This document shows positions 1 to 9,889 of a stretch of DNA of 64,000 nucleotides, in pieces (position 1 is the first letter of the stretch; every line of letters begins with the position of its first letter). The notes under the pieces were generated by a model. That model was not told the DNA's origin and ran no database searches. It worked only from the letters and a program-made list of their open reading frames with translations. Both the position numbers and the translations under genes were made by a program. Source of the stretch: an uncultured Candidatus Saccharibacteria bacterium (lineage in GTDB: Bacteria > Patescibacteriota > UBA1384 > JACPKC01); the NCBI GenBank assembly GCA_964423885.1, contig CAYRGD010000002.1, positions 82,128 to 146,127 on the forward strand, written 5' to 3'.

Positions 1-1749
1 GGTCGGTGCGCTCGTGCCGATCGCTTCGTAGTCGACGCTGAACCCTTCGAACGTCGGCGTGGCTGAACCGTTCGAGGTGAGCGTGCACAGGACGCGGACA
101 AAGCGTGTCCCGTCGGGCAGGATCTGGGTCAAGTCGATGGAATCCGGGGCGCTGGCGCTTGCGTTGTACGTGAACGGCTGGGACGGTGCGCCGAAGGCCA
201 CCCCGTCGACCGAACCCGCGAACCGGACGGTCACCGACGTGCCTGCAGGCAGGTCTTTCGTCTTGACCGACTGGAACCGGTACAGCTGTTGGACCTGCGG
301 GCTGCCGACGTCGAACTGGCAGGTGCCGGTGCTCGCGTAGCCGCCGGTGCTTGCCATCCAGGTATCCTGGAGCTTCTGCGTCGACGAGGTGGTGACCGTG
401 CCGCCAGCGTGGCCGGAGTACACGATCAGCTTGCGGTCGGGCGCATCATAGCCGATACCGTGGGCATACCGGGCGTCGGGCGCGTTGGCGAGCTGGACAA
501 GCTGCCAGGCATTAGTCGCCGGGTCGTACGACCACAGGTCGTTGCTCGCCGCGTAGGTCTGTGACGCCTGGGTCGTCACGCCGATCGTCGGGTCGCCCGG
601 GGTGACGTTACTCAAGAGATTGGTCAGGCCGCCGAACATGTAGAACTTCTTGTTGACCGGGTCGTAGGTTAGGTTCGAGAACGCCCGGCCCGGCGGCTGG
701 TTTGCGCCGATCCGTTGGGTCCAGCTACGCGTCTGCGTATTGAACGCCCAGAGCAGGCTGGCCGGCGTGTAGGTGTAGTGCGAAAAGACCTGGCCGTCGT
801 TCGTTAGGAACGACCCGTTGAGGATCGGGTTGACCCCGACCCGGCTTTTGGCCGAATCGTATACCGGCGATGCGGTGAAGCCGCCGAACACCAGGATCTC
901 GCTTTTGTCGGGATTGTAGGCGACCGATGCGCCCAAGCGGGCTTCCGGCCAGGCGCCGGTCGTCGCGTCGAACCGGTTATACTGGCCGTCGTACCATTCC
1001 ACCACCCGCGGGTACGTGGCGGAGCAGTTTCCTTGGCCGTACGAAGCCGAGCAGCCGTACACCGTGCTCGCGTAGGCGTCGATCTGCTGGAATCCGACCA
1101 GCGTGCCAGTGCCCGGATCGAGGTACGTCGCTTCGCCCGAGCCGACGCCGGTAAAACGGGTATTGCCGGCCAGTACCTGGGCGATGCTGCCGTTCTGGTT
1201 GAACACCGACACGTTCGTGGGCGCCTGGAGGTTCCCGGTGCCTTGCAAGCCTACCAGCTGCCGCGACTTGTTCGACCAGAAGATCGAGGTGCCGCTCGCG
1301 TCGGGGGCCAGCTGCGACCATTGCTTGCTGTTGGGATCGAACGAAAAGAGGCGCGTGAAGATCGAGGCGTACAGTTTTTTACCCTCGGTATCGAAACTGG
1401 TATTGAGGGGCCAGCTGCGCGAGTCGTTGGTGGTGTTGGTCGCGTACTGGGTGTTGCCGAGGCCGAGCATGCCGACGAAGTCGGGCGTGTTCGTGGACAC
1501 CCGCTCCCACGAGGAAAACTGGGTGCCCTGCTTGAGCTGCACCTTGCCGCCCACGAGCTCCACGTTGCCGTCGCCAGCCGATACGCCTTTTCGTAAGTCG
1601 GTGTCGTTGGTGACCTCGAGCTTCGACGGGGCGGTCGGCGTGGCGCCGAAGATCGTCAGTTTGCCGGTACGCTGGCCATACAAGAGGAGTGCTCCGCCCA
1701 ATAGGACGACGGTGGCGATCAGGAACAGGACGATACGGCGGCGGAGCAT
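1..1749 (-). CDS. Membrane-anchored/secreted Kelch-repeat (beta-propeller) protein; 3' end runs off the window
   Basis: Not in the ORF track because it has no stop inside the window. ATG at 1749 follows AGGAGG. Hand translation gives MLRRRIVLFLIATVVLLGGALLLYGQRTGKLTIFGA..., with Kelch-like motifs ARLGASVAYNPDKSEILVFGG, GRAFSNLTYDPVNKKFYMFGG, NDLWSYDPATNAW and ARYAHGIGYD. Confidence 0.85.
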   Translation of the reverse strand, partial: MLRRRIVLFLIATVVLLGGALLLYGQRTGKLTIFGATPTAPSKLEVTNDTDLRKGVSAGDGNVELVGGKVQLKQGTQFSSWERVSTNTPDFVGMLGLGNTQYATNTTNDSRSWPLNTSFDTEGKKLYASIFTRLFSFDPNSKQWSQLAPDASGTSIFWSNKSRQLVGLQGTGNLQAPTNVSVFNQNGSIAQVLAGNTRFTGVGSGEATYLDPGTGTLVGFQQIDAYASTVYGCSASYGQGNCSATYPRVVEWYDGQYNRFDATTGAWPEARLGASVAYNPDKSEILVFGGFTASPVYDSAKSRVGVNPILNGSFLTNDGQVFSHYTYTPASLLWAFNTQTRSWTQRIGANQPPGRAFSNLTYDPVNKKFYMFGGLTNLLSNVTPGDPTIGVTTQASQTYAASNDLWSYDPATNAWQLVQLANAPDARYAHGIGYDAPDRKLIVYSGHAGGTVTTSSTQKLQDTWMASTGGYASTGTCQFDVGSPQVQQLYRFQSVKTKDLPAGTSVTVRFAGSVDGVAFGAPSQPFTYNASASAPDSIDLTQILPDGTRFVRVLCTLTSNGSATPTFEGFSVDYEAIGTSAPT

Positions 1750-1762
1750 GGTCCTCCTACGG

Positions 1763-4700
1763 TCAGCGCAAGTGCAAGAACGTCAGTAACTTGTTCCACA
1801 GATCCACGAAGAACCCGATGATGGGGATACCGGTGGTGGCTAAGACGGCGGGCGGGGCTTCGCTCACGGCGATGCTGACCGTGGCCGTGTTGCTCACGGC
1901 GCCGTCGGTGTCGCAAACGGTGTACGTAAACGTGTCCGTGCCGGCGAAGTCGGCGGCCGGCGTGTACGTGGCCCGTCCGGTTTGCGCGTCGACGGATACC
2001 GTGCCGTGGCCGGGCTGGTTCACGATCTTGACGCAGGTCGGGTCGAGGTTGCCGTCAGGGTCGGCGTCGTTAAGGAGAATGTCCACTGTAACGCTGGTGT
2101 CGTGGGGCGTAACTGCCGCGTCGTCGTTCGCCTGGGGCGGCTGGTTGTCCGGGCCCGGCGTCGGTGCCGGCGGCCGGACGGTAACCGTGACCGTCGCGGT
2201 GTCGGTCGCGCCCTTGTCGTCGCAGATCTCGTAGACGAAGGTGTCCGTGCCGTTGAAGCCGGTAGCGGGGGTGTAGGCGATGTTGCCGCTTGCGGTGTCG
2301 ACTACGGCCGTACCGTGGGCCGGTGCTGTCACGACCTTGGTGCAGGCGACGACGACCGTACCGTCAGGGTCGGTGTCGTTGGCAAGGACCGGTATGACCA
2401 CGAAGCTGTCCTGGTCGGTCGCGGCAGTATCGTCGTTCGCTTGGGGCGGCTGGTTCGGGGTGGCGGCCGGGGCGCAGTCGCTTGCGGTCAGGTTGGTAAC
2501 GTTGCTGGCGGTGGTGCCGCCGTCGTTGATAGCAACCACCGTATACGCGTAGCTGGTACCGGCCACGACGGTCGTGTCCGTGAAGGTGGTGGCGGTCTGG
2601 CTGGCCACCAAGGTTTGGGTGCCGCGGCGGACGCTGTAGCTTGTCGCGCCTCCGGAAGCGCCCCAGGTGAGCACGTTCCGGCTGCTGGTACCAGCGCAGA
2701 GCGCGGTCGCCTGCAGGGTGAACTGGCCGGGAGCAGCCGGCTTCGGCGTGACGGTAATCGTCACCGTCGCGTCGTCGCAGAGGCCTAAGGTGTCGCAGAC
2801 CTTGTACTTGAAGGTATCGGTACCGCTGAACCCTGCCGCCGGGGTGTAGACGGCCTTATGGTCGGGCAGGAACGTGACCGTACCGTGGCCGGGGTTCTGG
2901 GTGACTTCGACGGTCGCCGGATCCAAGTTGTTGTCCGGGTCAGAGTCGTTGGCTAGCACGTCGATGGTGACGCCTGCACCTTCTTGGGTCGTAGCCGCAT
3001 CGTCGACGGCCACCGGAGGCTGGTTCGTTTCGTTAATGGTCACCGTTACCGTGGCATCGTCGCACAGACCGGCCGTGTCGCAGACCTTGTACTTGAACGT
3101 GTCCGTACCCACATACCCGGCAGCCGGCGTGTACACCGCCCGGTGGGCGCTATTAAACGTGACCGTACCGTGGCCGGGGTTCTGCGTGACTTCGACGGTG
3201 GCCGGGTCAAGGTTCCCGTCCGGATCCGAGTCGTTGGCCAATACGTCGATGGTGACCGCGGTTTCTTTCTTGGTCGCCGAGGTGTCGTCGACCGCCACCG
3301 GGGGCTGGTTGGCCGGGGCGCAGTCCTTGGCGACGACCGTGACCTGGTTACTTGCCGTGGCACCTACCTCGTTCGTGGCAGTGACGCGGTAGACGTAGCT
3401 GGTGCCGGTTGTGATTTGGGTGTCAGTATATGTAAGGGTTGTCCCAAGAAGCGTCATGGCGCCGCCGTTGGGAGTTCTTGCCAGCTGGTAGTTGCTGACG
3501 GTCCTGTTGGTGCCAGCACCCGATGTCCAGGTGGCGCGGTTGACCGGAGCGTTCCCGATGCACTCGGCGACAACGGTGAGTGTCGGGGCGTTAGGAGCGG
3601 ACGGACAGGCTGCGACGGTTATGGTCTGAACAGCGCTTTCCGTGGTGCCCGAGGTGATCTTGTACGTGTGGGATCCTGGGGAGGCGGTTAGATCCGTAAA
3701 GAAGTACTCTGGGCCCGCTGCCGTCAAGGCGCTGTTCGTCACGTTGGTGCCAGCTTCCAGGCGTGTACCGTCGCGGAAGACCGTGAAGGACGTCAAACCC
3801 GAGCTGGAAGTCCACTTGAGCGCGACGTAGGGCGCCCCGTTGGTGCAGCCTTGGGTGGGTGTTTGCTGGGTGATGGTCGGCGTAGGGCTGCAATCCGGCA
3901 TTGTCCCATTGACGGTTAGGGTACCATTGGCAACGCCCGTACTATTCGAGGCTCGTATGGCAAATTGCAACCCATGTTGGTCAAGCTGGTGCAATACATA
4001 CGAATTTCCCGCGCTACTACCGATTGTCGCCAGCAGCGACAATCCACCAGCGGAGTTGTTGGCGTCATAGATCCGGTATGTGTCGGCATTGCTCGAGTTC
4101 GACCAGGTAAATGTACCGATCGGATCGGTGCCTTGGCAGCTTGGTACCAGTGTTGCAGTAAATGCACCAGGAACCGGTGCGCAGTCGGGCATCGACAGCG
4201 CCAAACGTACTCCGGCAGCACCAGATCCGGGGATAGAGGCGTCGGTAGTTCCGCTGCCAAGCGTCGCTTGCGTTGAACCACCGGGGCCGGTTGCGCGCAC
4301 GGCGAAGTATTTCGTCGTCCAGGCGCCGACAGGCTCGTTGTTACTGAACGTGAGTTGGTCGGTGTTGCCGTACCATTCGGGGCCGACGTTGGTACCTTGC
4401 CAGGAAATTACAGTGTATGCCGCTGTAGCGCCTGGGTGATTGGCATTGCTCGTATATCCATTGGCAGCATTGGCCGATGCGGTCCAGTTCAGTGTGACGC
4501 GGACCGTTGTACTTGAAATGCAGGCAACGCTGGCCGTGAGGGTGAACGGCCCTGGTGCCGCCGGTGCCGGCGTGGACGGGCAATTGATCGAGAAAGTTTG
4601 CGTATTGCTACTACCTCCCTGAAAGATAAAGCGGACAGAGTACACATAGCCATTGTTCAGGCCGGGAATGTTGTAATTGAACAGATCCATCACCGCTGCG

Positions 4701-5698
4701 CCGGGATTTACAGGTATCGTAGTGCCGTTGCCGAAATCCAAATGCATCGTGTTCGGCGTACCGGTATTGCTCGTAATGGTGCCGCTCGCCGTCCAGGTGA
4801 TCGTGACATGCGGGTGTGTTGGGTTGCCGCTGACACAAGTAATGTTCGTGATCGGATTGATGACGACGCTGCCCGCCTGCTGCACCGGAGCGCAGTTCCG
4901 GGCCGTGACCGTGACGCTGTTGCTGGCGGCGCGGCCCGTAGGGTAGATCGCTTCCACGCGGTAGGTGAAGCTGGCGCCTGCGGCAGCAGTGCCTGTAGTG
5001 CTCGACGTGACATTCGCGCCCACGGTGGCGTACTGGGTGCCATTCTGGAACAGGGCATACCCGGTGACCCCTGACGACGCACCGCTCCAGCTCAAGTTGA
5101 AGACGGAATTGGTACCGCTGCAGGTGTTGGTGACGTTAAGGTTAGGCGCACTTAGCACTGGCGCACTCGTGGGCGTAACGCTGGTAGCAACCTGCAGGTA
5201 GTACGTCTGCCCTGACCCCGTACCATTCGTGTTGTTGATCTCGTACCCCATCGTGTATTTGACGGTCGTCGTGGAGCTCGTGATCGTCGTGGGGTCGGCC
5301 TCCGCTACGTCGTGCCGGGACGATTGCTGCAAGAAGGCCGACTGGCATTCGCCGCCCAAGGAGCCGCTGGTTTGTGGATTACGGGTTGCAGAGATAGATA
5401 GCTGTAAGCGGTTACCGCTGTTGTCTTGCCAAAGGCCTCCGCCCCGGTAGGTCATACCGTTCGTGACGTCGAGTGGCCCGATGTCCCTGCGCTCGATGGG
5501 CGGGAAGCTTGACACATCGTTCCCGGGTCCTCCGGACGCAGTTTTGGTCGTCCCGAAGACGTTCGAGCTGCCTGACACTGTAGCAATGGCCGGATTACAG
5601 GCTTGCCTGGACGCGAGAGCTGTTTGAGGATTCTCTCCGACGATCCAGCCAAGGCCGACGAGTACCGCGAGCGATAAAAGAAAGGCGCGGAACCGCAT
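1763..5698 (-). CDS. Giant surface protein: signal peptide, FN3-like domains, four tandem-95/Big_9-like Ig domains, C-terminal LATTG plus hydrophobic tail
   Basis: 1311-aa Thr-rich ORF. NQPPxAxDD...LxNDxDPD...DTF repeats occur four times. The C-terminus is VLATTGIPIIGFFVDLWNKLLTFLHLR. Confidence 0.9.
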   Translation of the reverse strand: MRFRAFLLSLAVLVGLGWIVGENPQTALASRQACNPAIATVSGSSNVFGTTKTASGGPGNDVSSFPPIERRDIGPLDVTNGMTYRGGGLWQDNSGNRLQLSISATRNPQTSGSLGGECQSAFLQQSSRHDVAEADPTTITSSTTTVKYTMGYEINNTNGTGSGQTYYLQVATSVTPTSAPVLSAPNLNVTNTCSGTNSVFNLSWSGASSGVTGYALFQNGTQYATVGANVTSSTTGTAAAGASFTYRVEAIYPTGRAASNSVTVTARNCAPVQQAGSVVINPITNITCVSGNPTHPHVTITWTASGTITSNTGTPNTMHLDFGNGTTIPVNPGAAVMDLFNYNIPGLNNGYVYSVRFIFQGGSSNTQTFSINCPSTPAPAAPGPFTLTASVACISSTTVRVTLNWTASANAANGYTSNANHPGATAAYTVISWQGTNVGPEWYGNTDQLTFSNNEPVGAWTTKYFAVRATGPGGSTQATLGSGTTDASIPGSGAAGVRLALSMPDCAPVPGAFTATLVPSCQGTDPIGTFTWSNSSNADTYRIYDANNSAGGLSLLATIGSSAGNSYVLHQLDQHGLQFAIRASNSTGVANGTLTVNGTMPDCSPTPTITQQTPTQGCTNGAPYVALKWTSSSGLTSFTVFRDGTRLEAGTNVTNSALTAAGPEYFFTDLTASPGSHTYKITSGTTESAVQTITVAACPSAPNAPTLTVVAECIGNAPVNRATWTSGAGTNRTVSNYQLARTPNGGAMTLLGTTLTYTDTQITTGTSYVYRVTATNEVGATASNQVTVVAKDCAPANQPPVAVDDTSATKKETAVTIDVLANDSDPDGNLDPATVEVTQNPGHGTVTFNSAHRAVYTPAAGYVGTDTFKYKVCDTAGLCDDATVTVTINETNQPPVAVDDAATTQEGAGVTIDVLANDSDPDNNLDPATVEVTQNPGHGTVTFLPDHKAVYTPAAGFSGTDTFKYKVCDTLGLCDDATVTITVTPKPAAPGQFTLQATALCAGTSSRNVLTWGASGGATSYSVRRGTQTLVASQTATTFTDTTVVAGTSYAYTVVAINDGGTTASNVTNLTASDCAPAATPNQPPQANDDTAATDQDSFVVIPVLANDTDPDGTVVVACTKVVTAPAHGTAVVDTASGNIAYTPATGFNGTDTFVYEICDDKGATDTATVTVTVRPPAPTPGPDNQPPQANDDAAVTPHDTSVTVDILLNDADPDGNLDPTCVKIVNQPGHGTVSVDAQTGRATYTPAADFAGTDTFTYTVCDTDGAVSNTATVSIAVSEAPPAVLATTGIPIIGFFVDLWNKLLTFLHLR
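2750..3315. repeat. Tandem intragenic duplication, 285-bp (95-aa) period
   Basis: GTGTCGCAGACCTTGTACTTGAA at 2790 and 3075; the two peptide units are near-identical (NLDPATVEVTQNPGHGTVTF). Boundaries are approximate. Confidence 0.85.
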
Positions 5699-5700
5699 GG

Positions 5701-6123
5701 CTAGTTCTCGTCCAGTATGTCGACGCGATCAATGAGCAGGCCGCTATTGGTTTCCTGGTAGAACACAGAAACGATCGCACCTACCTTGAGAAGATTTTTG
5801 TCAACTAGTTCAAACTTGCTGTCGGCATTGAGCGAACGGACTGCCACGGTGTCGCTTAGGGTGAAGGTGAACGAGTTGTCGTTGCTTTCGTCGACCGTGA
5901 TTTTATCGCCGCTCACCTTGCTTACCGTGCCGTCACGGAAGGTCGCTTGTTGCGGCGCAGAGAAGGTAGCGCTGTCGTTACCGATCTCGGACGCTTGTGG
6001 GCGGAGCGGGCTCGACGGGCTGAAGAACAGGTAGCCCAGACCCACGGCCAACGCCACCAACGCCCCGAACACGATCCAGATTGTAGCCGTCCTGCGTGCC
6101 GGCTGCGGTTGCGACGATGCCAT
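5701..6123 (-). CDS. Single-TM hypothetical protein with a small OB-like beta domain
   Basis: Start MASSQPQ at 6123 follows AGGAGG. TM segment TIWIVFGALVALAVGLGYLFF; GTVSKVSGDKITV and LKVGAIVSV motifs; stop lies 2 bp before the next gene's start. Confidence 0.75.
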   Translation of the reverse strand: MASSQPQPARRTATIWIVFGALVALAVGLGYLFFSPSSPLRPQASEIGNDSATFSAPQQATFRDGTVSKVSGDKITVDESNDNSFTFTLSDTVAVRSLNADSKFELVDKNLLKVGAIVSVFYQETNSGLLIDRVDILDEN

Positions 6124-6252
6124 GGGAACCCTCCTACGATCCTTGTTGCGTAGCGCCAGTATACCGCAGGTTCGCTCCCCTGTTTTCCTGTGGAAAACCT
6201 GGAAGGAACGGGCGCTACAGGGTAGAATAGCCTCCTCACCAGGAAGGAACGC

Positions 6253-8007
6253 ATGGACCAACGCCGCATCCGCAATTTTTGCATCATCGCCCATATCGAC
6301 CACGGCAAATCGACGCTAGCCGACCGCTTGATCGAGCGCACCGGCACGCTCGAACAGCGGCAGATGAAAGACCAGCTGCTCGATTCCATGGACCTGGAAC
6401 GTGAGCGTGGGATCACGATCAAGCTCCAGCCGGTGACGATGCACTGGGCCGCTGCCGGGCAGGACTACCAGCTCAACCTGATCGACACGCCCGGGCACGT
6501 GGATTTCGGCTACGAGGTATCGCGGTCGTTGGCAGCGGTCGAGGGCGCGCTGTTGCTCGTGGACGCGGCGCAGGGGATCCAGGCGCAGACGTTGACCACC
6601 CTTCACCAAGCCAGGCAGCAGGGGCTCGCGATCATTCCGGTCGTCAACAAGATCGACCTGCCCAACGCCGAGCCGGAACGGGTGGCGCAGGAGCTGACGA
6701 CGCTCTTAGGCGTCGCCGACGACGCGGTACTGTTCGCGTCGGGCAAGACCGGCGACGGGGTGGAGGATATTCTCAACGCGGTCGTGGAACGCGTACCGGC
6801 TCCGGCCGGTGATCTTGATGCGCCGCTGCGGGCCCTTATTTTCGATTCGGTCTACGACAGCTACCGCGGGGTGGTCAGTTACGTGCGGATCGTGGACGGG
6901 TCGCTCGCTGCCCGCTCGCCGGTGCGGTTCATGGCGTCGGGCGTCGACGACCAAGCGCTTGAGATCGGCCGGTTCCGGCCGGCCATGGCGAAGGAATTGA
7001 CGCTGGCAACCGGATCGATCGGCTACATCGTGTCGGGCGTGAAAGACGTATCGCAGGCCCGTGTCGGCGATACGGTCACGTCCGCTCAACGAATAGCTGC
7101 CGCGGTGCTGCCCGGATACCGCGAGGCGGTGCCGATGGTCTACGCCGGACTCTACGCCGCCGACGGCGAGGTGGCGGCGCTGCGCGACGGGCTCGAGAAG
7201 CTGCAACTCAATGACGCATCGCTCCGCTTCGAGCCGGATTCGTCGAAGGCGTTCGGTCTTGGGTTCCGCTGCGGGTTCCTTGGGTTGCTGCACATGGAAA
7301 TCGTGACCGAGCGGCTCGAACGCGAGTACGGGCTCGAGCTTATCGTGACCACGCCGTCGGTCGCGTTCACCGAACGGTCCGACCACGGCACGGCGGTGTA
7401 CAGCGAACCGTGGGTGCAGGTCGAGATCGTGGCGCCGCAGCGCTACATCGGCCCGATTATGGAGCTGGCACAGTCCCGGCGTGGCATCTACCGTGCGACC
7501 GACTACATCGACAACGGCGCCGAGGGCCAGCGGGTGATCGTCCGCTACGAACTGCCGCTCGCCCAAGTGATCGTCAATTTCTACGACGGCTTGAAAAGCG
7601 TGTCGTCGGGCTACGCCAGTATGAACTACGAACTCTTGGGCTACCGGGAGGATCCGGCACTCGTGAAGCTCGATATCCTGGTGGCCGGCGAACGGGTCGA
7701 CGAACTGGCGCAGATCGTCCATCGCGACGAGGCGACGCGTCGCGGCCGTGAGCTGGTCGACAAACTGAAAGAACTTATCCCGCAGCAGAACTTCGAGGTG
7801 CGGCTGCAGGCGGCTATCGGGGGCAAGATCATCGCCAGCGAAAGCATCTCGGCGCTGCGCAAAGACGTGACCGCTAAGCTCTATGGCGGCGACAGGACCC
7901 GTAAGGACAAGCTGCTGCGCAAGCAGGCCGAGGGTAAGAAGCGTTTGAAGAAGCTCGGCAAAGTCGACATCCCGTCCGACGTCTTCATCAAGCTCTTACG
8001 GTCGTAA
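6253..8007 (+). CDS. lepA: Translation elongation factor 4 (LepA)
   Basis: IRNFCIIAHIDHGKSTLADRL, DTPGHVDF, NKIDL, GFRCGFLGLLHMEI and RKDVTAKLYGGD. Confidence 0.98.
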   Translation: MDQRRIRNFCIIAHIDHGKSTLADRLIERTGTLEQRQMKDQLLDSMDLERERGITIKLQPVTMHWAAAGQDYQLNLIDTPGHVDFGYEVSRSLAAVEGALLLVDAAQGIQAQTLTTLHQARQQGLAIIPVVNKIDLPNAEPERVAQELTTLLGVADDAVLFASGKTGDGVEDILNAVVERVPAPAGDLDAPLRALIFDSVYDSYRGVVSYVRIVDGSLAARSPVRFMASGVDDQALEIGRFRPAMAKELTLATGSIGYIVSGVKDVSQARVGDTVTSAQRIAAAVLPGYREAVPMVYAGLYAADGEVAALRDGLEKLQLNDASLRFEPDSSKAFGLGFRCGFLGLLHMEIVTERLEREYGLELIVTTPSVAFTERSDHGTAVYSEPWVQVEIVAPQRYIGPIMELAQSRRGIYRATDYIDNGAEGQRVIVRYELPLAQVIVNFYDGLKSVSSGYASMNYELLGYREDPALVKLDILVAGERVDELAQIVHRDEATRRGRELVDKLKELIPQQNFEVRLQAAIGGKIIASESISALRKDVTAKLYGGDRTRKDKLLRKQAEGKKRLKKLGKVDIPSDVFIKLLRS

Positions 8008-8034
8008 CGTCAGTCCGGACTGGGGGCCGGAATA

Positions 8035-9885
8035 CTACGACGACCGGTACCCGATTTCGTGGGGATTCTTCTTGTGCGGCCCGAAGAACACCTTCGTGTA
8101 GAGGCGCATGATGCCGGCACCTGCCAGGACGTACGAGCAGCAAAAGAGCAGGAGCTGGGCGCCACGGGCTTCAGGAATGAGGCGTACGAGCGCGTCTTGC
8201 GCCAAGAACGAAGGGCTTACCGGGAATGCCATAAAGACGAGCGCAACGACGAAGAACAGGTGGCCGGGCGTTTCGGAACCAGAGATCAAGCCGTGGTACT
8301 CGCGAAGCGCGAGCGATCCGTTCCGTGCTTCCAGATACCGGAGGTACGCATGGCCCGCAAGGAAGGCGAGCACGACGCCGAGGGCGTAGATGCCCACATA
8401 CTGCCAATCTCCGGCGGATGCCGTGACCAGGAAGAGCACCCCGAACAGGTTGCCCAGCATGAGCAGGTTCCAGCAGGTCCTGGCGGCATGTTTCGTCGCA
8501 TGCGCCCGGATGTAGAAGATCAGGCTCACGACGGCGAGCGCGGTTGAAAGCGCCAGGGTGCCGCGGGCTGACAACGGCACGGTCGCGGCGACGCCTGCAG
8601 CCAGGACGAAGAGTGCGAGGGAAGCGGCTTGTGCCGGGAGCCTGTCAAGGAATGCGACTGCCCGGCCGGCGGACTTGAGCGGCAGCCAGACGAAACGCGT
8701 CACCGCCGAGTTCATGCCCCATTCCTTGATACCGAGCACGTATGCGGTGGCCTGCAGTCTTCCCATGAGCGTTTGCTTGATATGCCGGGCAGGCGGGGCT
8801 GCGTGAAAGAACTGGTCGTGGACAAGGTAGCCTGCGATCGAGGGTGAGATGAGTAGCTGGTACGTCCGCAGCGAGGCGTTGCTGATAAAGTGCAGCAGCG
8901 CCAGCCAGGGCAGTCCGGCCGCGATTTCGACGAACATGATGCCGATCTGGGTGACGGACGCGTACGCGATCTGCGTCTTGCTCGACGATTGGACGCGTGC
9001 GATCGAGGTCGCGACAATGGCTGTCAAACACCCTGACGCGGCGATCACGATCCGGAGCCACCAGCTGCCTTCCCAGAGCGGGTAGGTCCGTATAAGAAGA
9101 AACAATCCTATGTGGACCGACAGTGCGCCGTAGAAAATCGCGCTCGAGGTCGTGGGGCCTTCCATGGCGCGCGGCAGCCAGTACGAGAACGGGAATTGCG
9201 CGGATTTCACGAGGGCGACGATACACAGCAGGAACCCCAGGACGCCGAACTGGTTCCCGTGGGCCGCGACCAGCGCCGGGAGTTCGGAAAAGTGCACGCC
9301 GCCTTCGAAGGTGTGGTGCGCATACCAGGCGGCAACCAACAAAAACGCGTCGGCGATGCGGTACATGGAAAATACCTTGAGCGCGTTCCGTACCGGCAGA
9401 TACCGGTCGCGGTAAAACGCGATGAGCAGGACGGAACTGATCCCGATGAATTCCCAACCCGGAAGCAGTACATCGAAATTGCCGGCAAGCGTGACGAGCG
9501 ACAACCCGAGAAAGAACAGTAGGACCGTCGCGTAAAACCGTTTGAAGCCCTGTTCGCGGTGCATGTAGTACCGGCTGAAGCTGGCAATGAGGCTGGTTGT
9601 CACGACAGCCATACCGACGAATACGGCCGACAGCGTGTCGACGAAGAAGTCGAGGGAGAACGAATAGCCCTGCGTCACATGCAACGTCCCGGCGTGGAGT
9701 GATGCTGCAGCCATGTCGGCACCCAGCCACTGGGCGCCGAGCGCGAGCAGCGCCACGAATTCCGACGCCATGGTCGCCATGACGAGCCGGTAGACGGCAC
9801 GTTCCCAGCGCTTCGGCAGCACGAGGACGCCGAGCAGTCCGAGAACGGGAATGAGTACCAAAGAGGCAAGCAACTGCGTGGCCAT
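8035..9885 (-). CDS. dabB: Inorganic carbon transporter membrane subunit (DabB/MpsA, NuoL/ND5-like)
   Basis: Multi-TM protein with GWEFIGISSVLLI, KSAQFPFSYWLPRAMEGPTTSSA and KTQIAYAS; lies directly downstream of a DUF2309 gene, with no other nuo genes nearby. Confidence 0.88.
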   Translation of the reverse strand: MATQLLASLVLIPVLGLLGVLVLPKRWERAVYRLVMATMASEFVALLALGAQWLGADMAAASLHAGTLHVTQGYSFSLDFFVDTLSAVFVGMAVVTTSLIASFSRYYMHREQGFKRFYATVLLFFLGLSLVTLAGNFDVLLPGWEFIGISSVLLIAFYRDRYLPVRNALKVFSMYRIADAFLLVAAWYAHHTFEGGVHFSELPALVAAHGNQFGVLGFLLCIVALVKSAQFPFSYWLPRAMEGPTTSSAIFYGALSVHIGLFLLIRTYPLWEGSWWLRIVIAASGCLTAIVATSIARVQSSSKTQIAYASVTQIGIMFVEIAAGLPWLALLHFISNASLRTYQLLISPSIAGYLVHDQFFHAAPPARHIKQTLMGRLQATAYVLGIKEWGMNSAVTRFVWLPLKSAGRAVAFLDRLPAQAASLALFVLAAGVAATVPLSARGTLALSTALAVVSLIFYIRAHATKHAARTCWNLLMLGNLFGVLFLVTASAGDWQYVGIYALGVVLAFLAGHAYLRYLEARNGSLALREYHGLISGSETPGHLFFVVALVFMAFPVSPSFLAQDALVRLIPEARGAQLLLFCCSYVLAGAGIMRLYTKVFFGPHKKNPHEIGYRSS

Positions 9886-9889
9886 GGCG

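Noticed and set aside
1103-3691. Long plus-strand ORFs opposite the surface proteins, and similar antisense ORFs throughout the window
   Set aside because: Shadow ORFs expected in high-GC coding DNA; no motifs, and fully overlapped by well-supported genes
8008-8034. Palindrome CAGTCCGGACTG and a weak likeness (TGGGGGCCGGA) to the tRNA-Lys 3' end as a possible att site
   Set aside because: Match too short and gapped; no integrase present
8035-9885. NADH dehydrogenase subunit L as evidence of respiratory complex I
   Set aside because: No other nuo genes; pairing with DUF2309 identifies it as DabB
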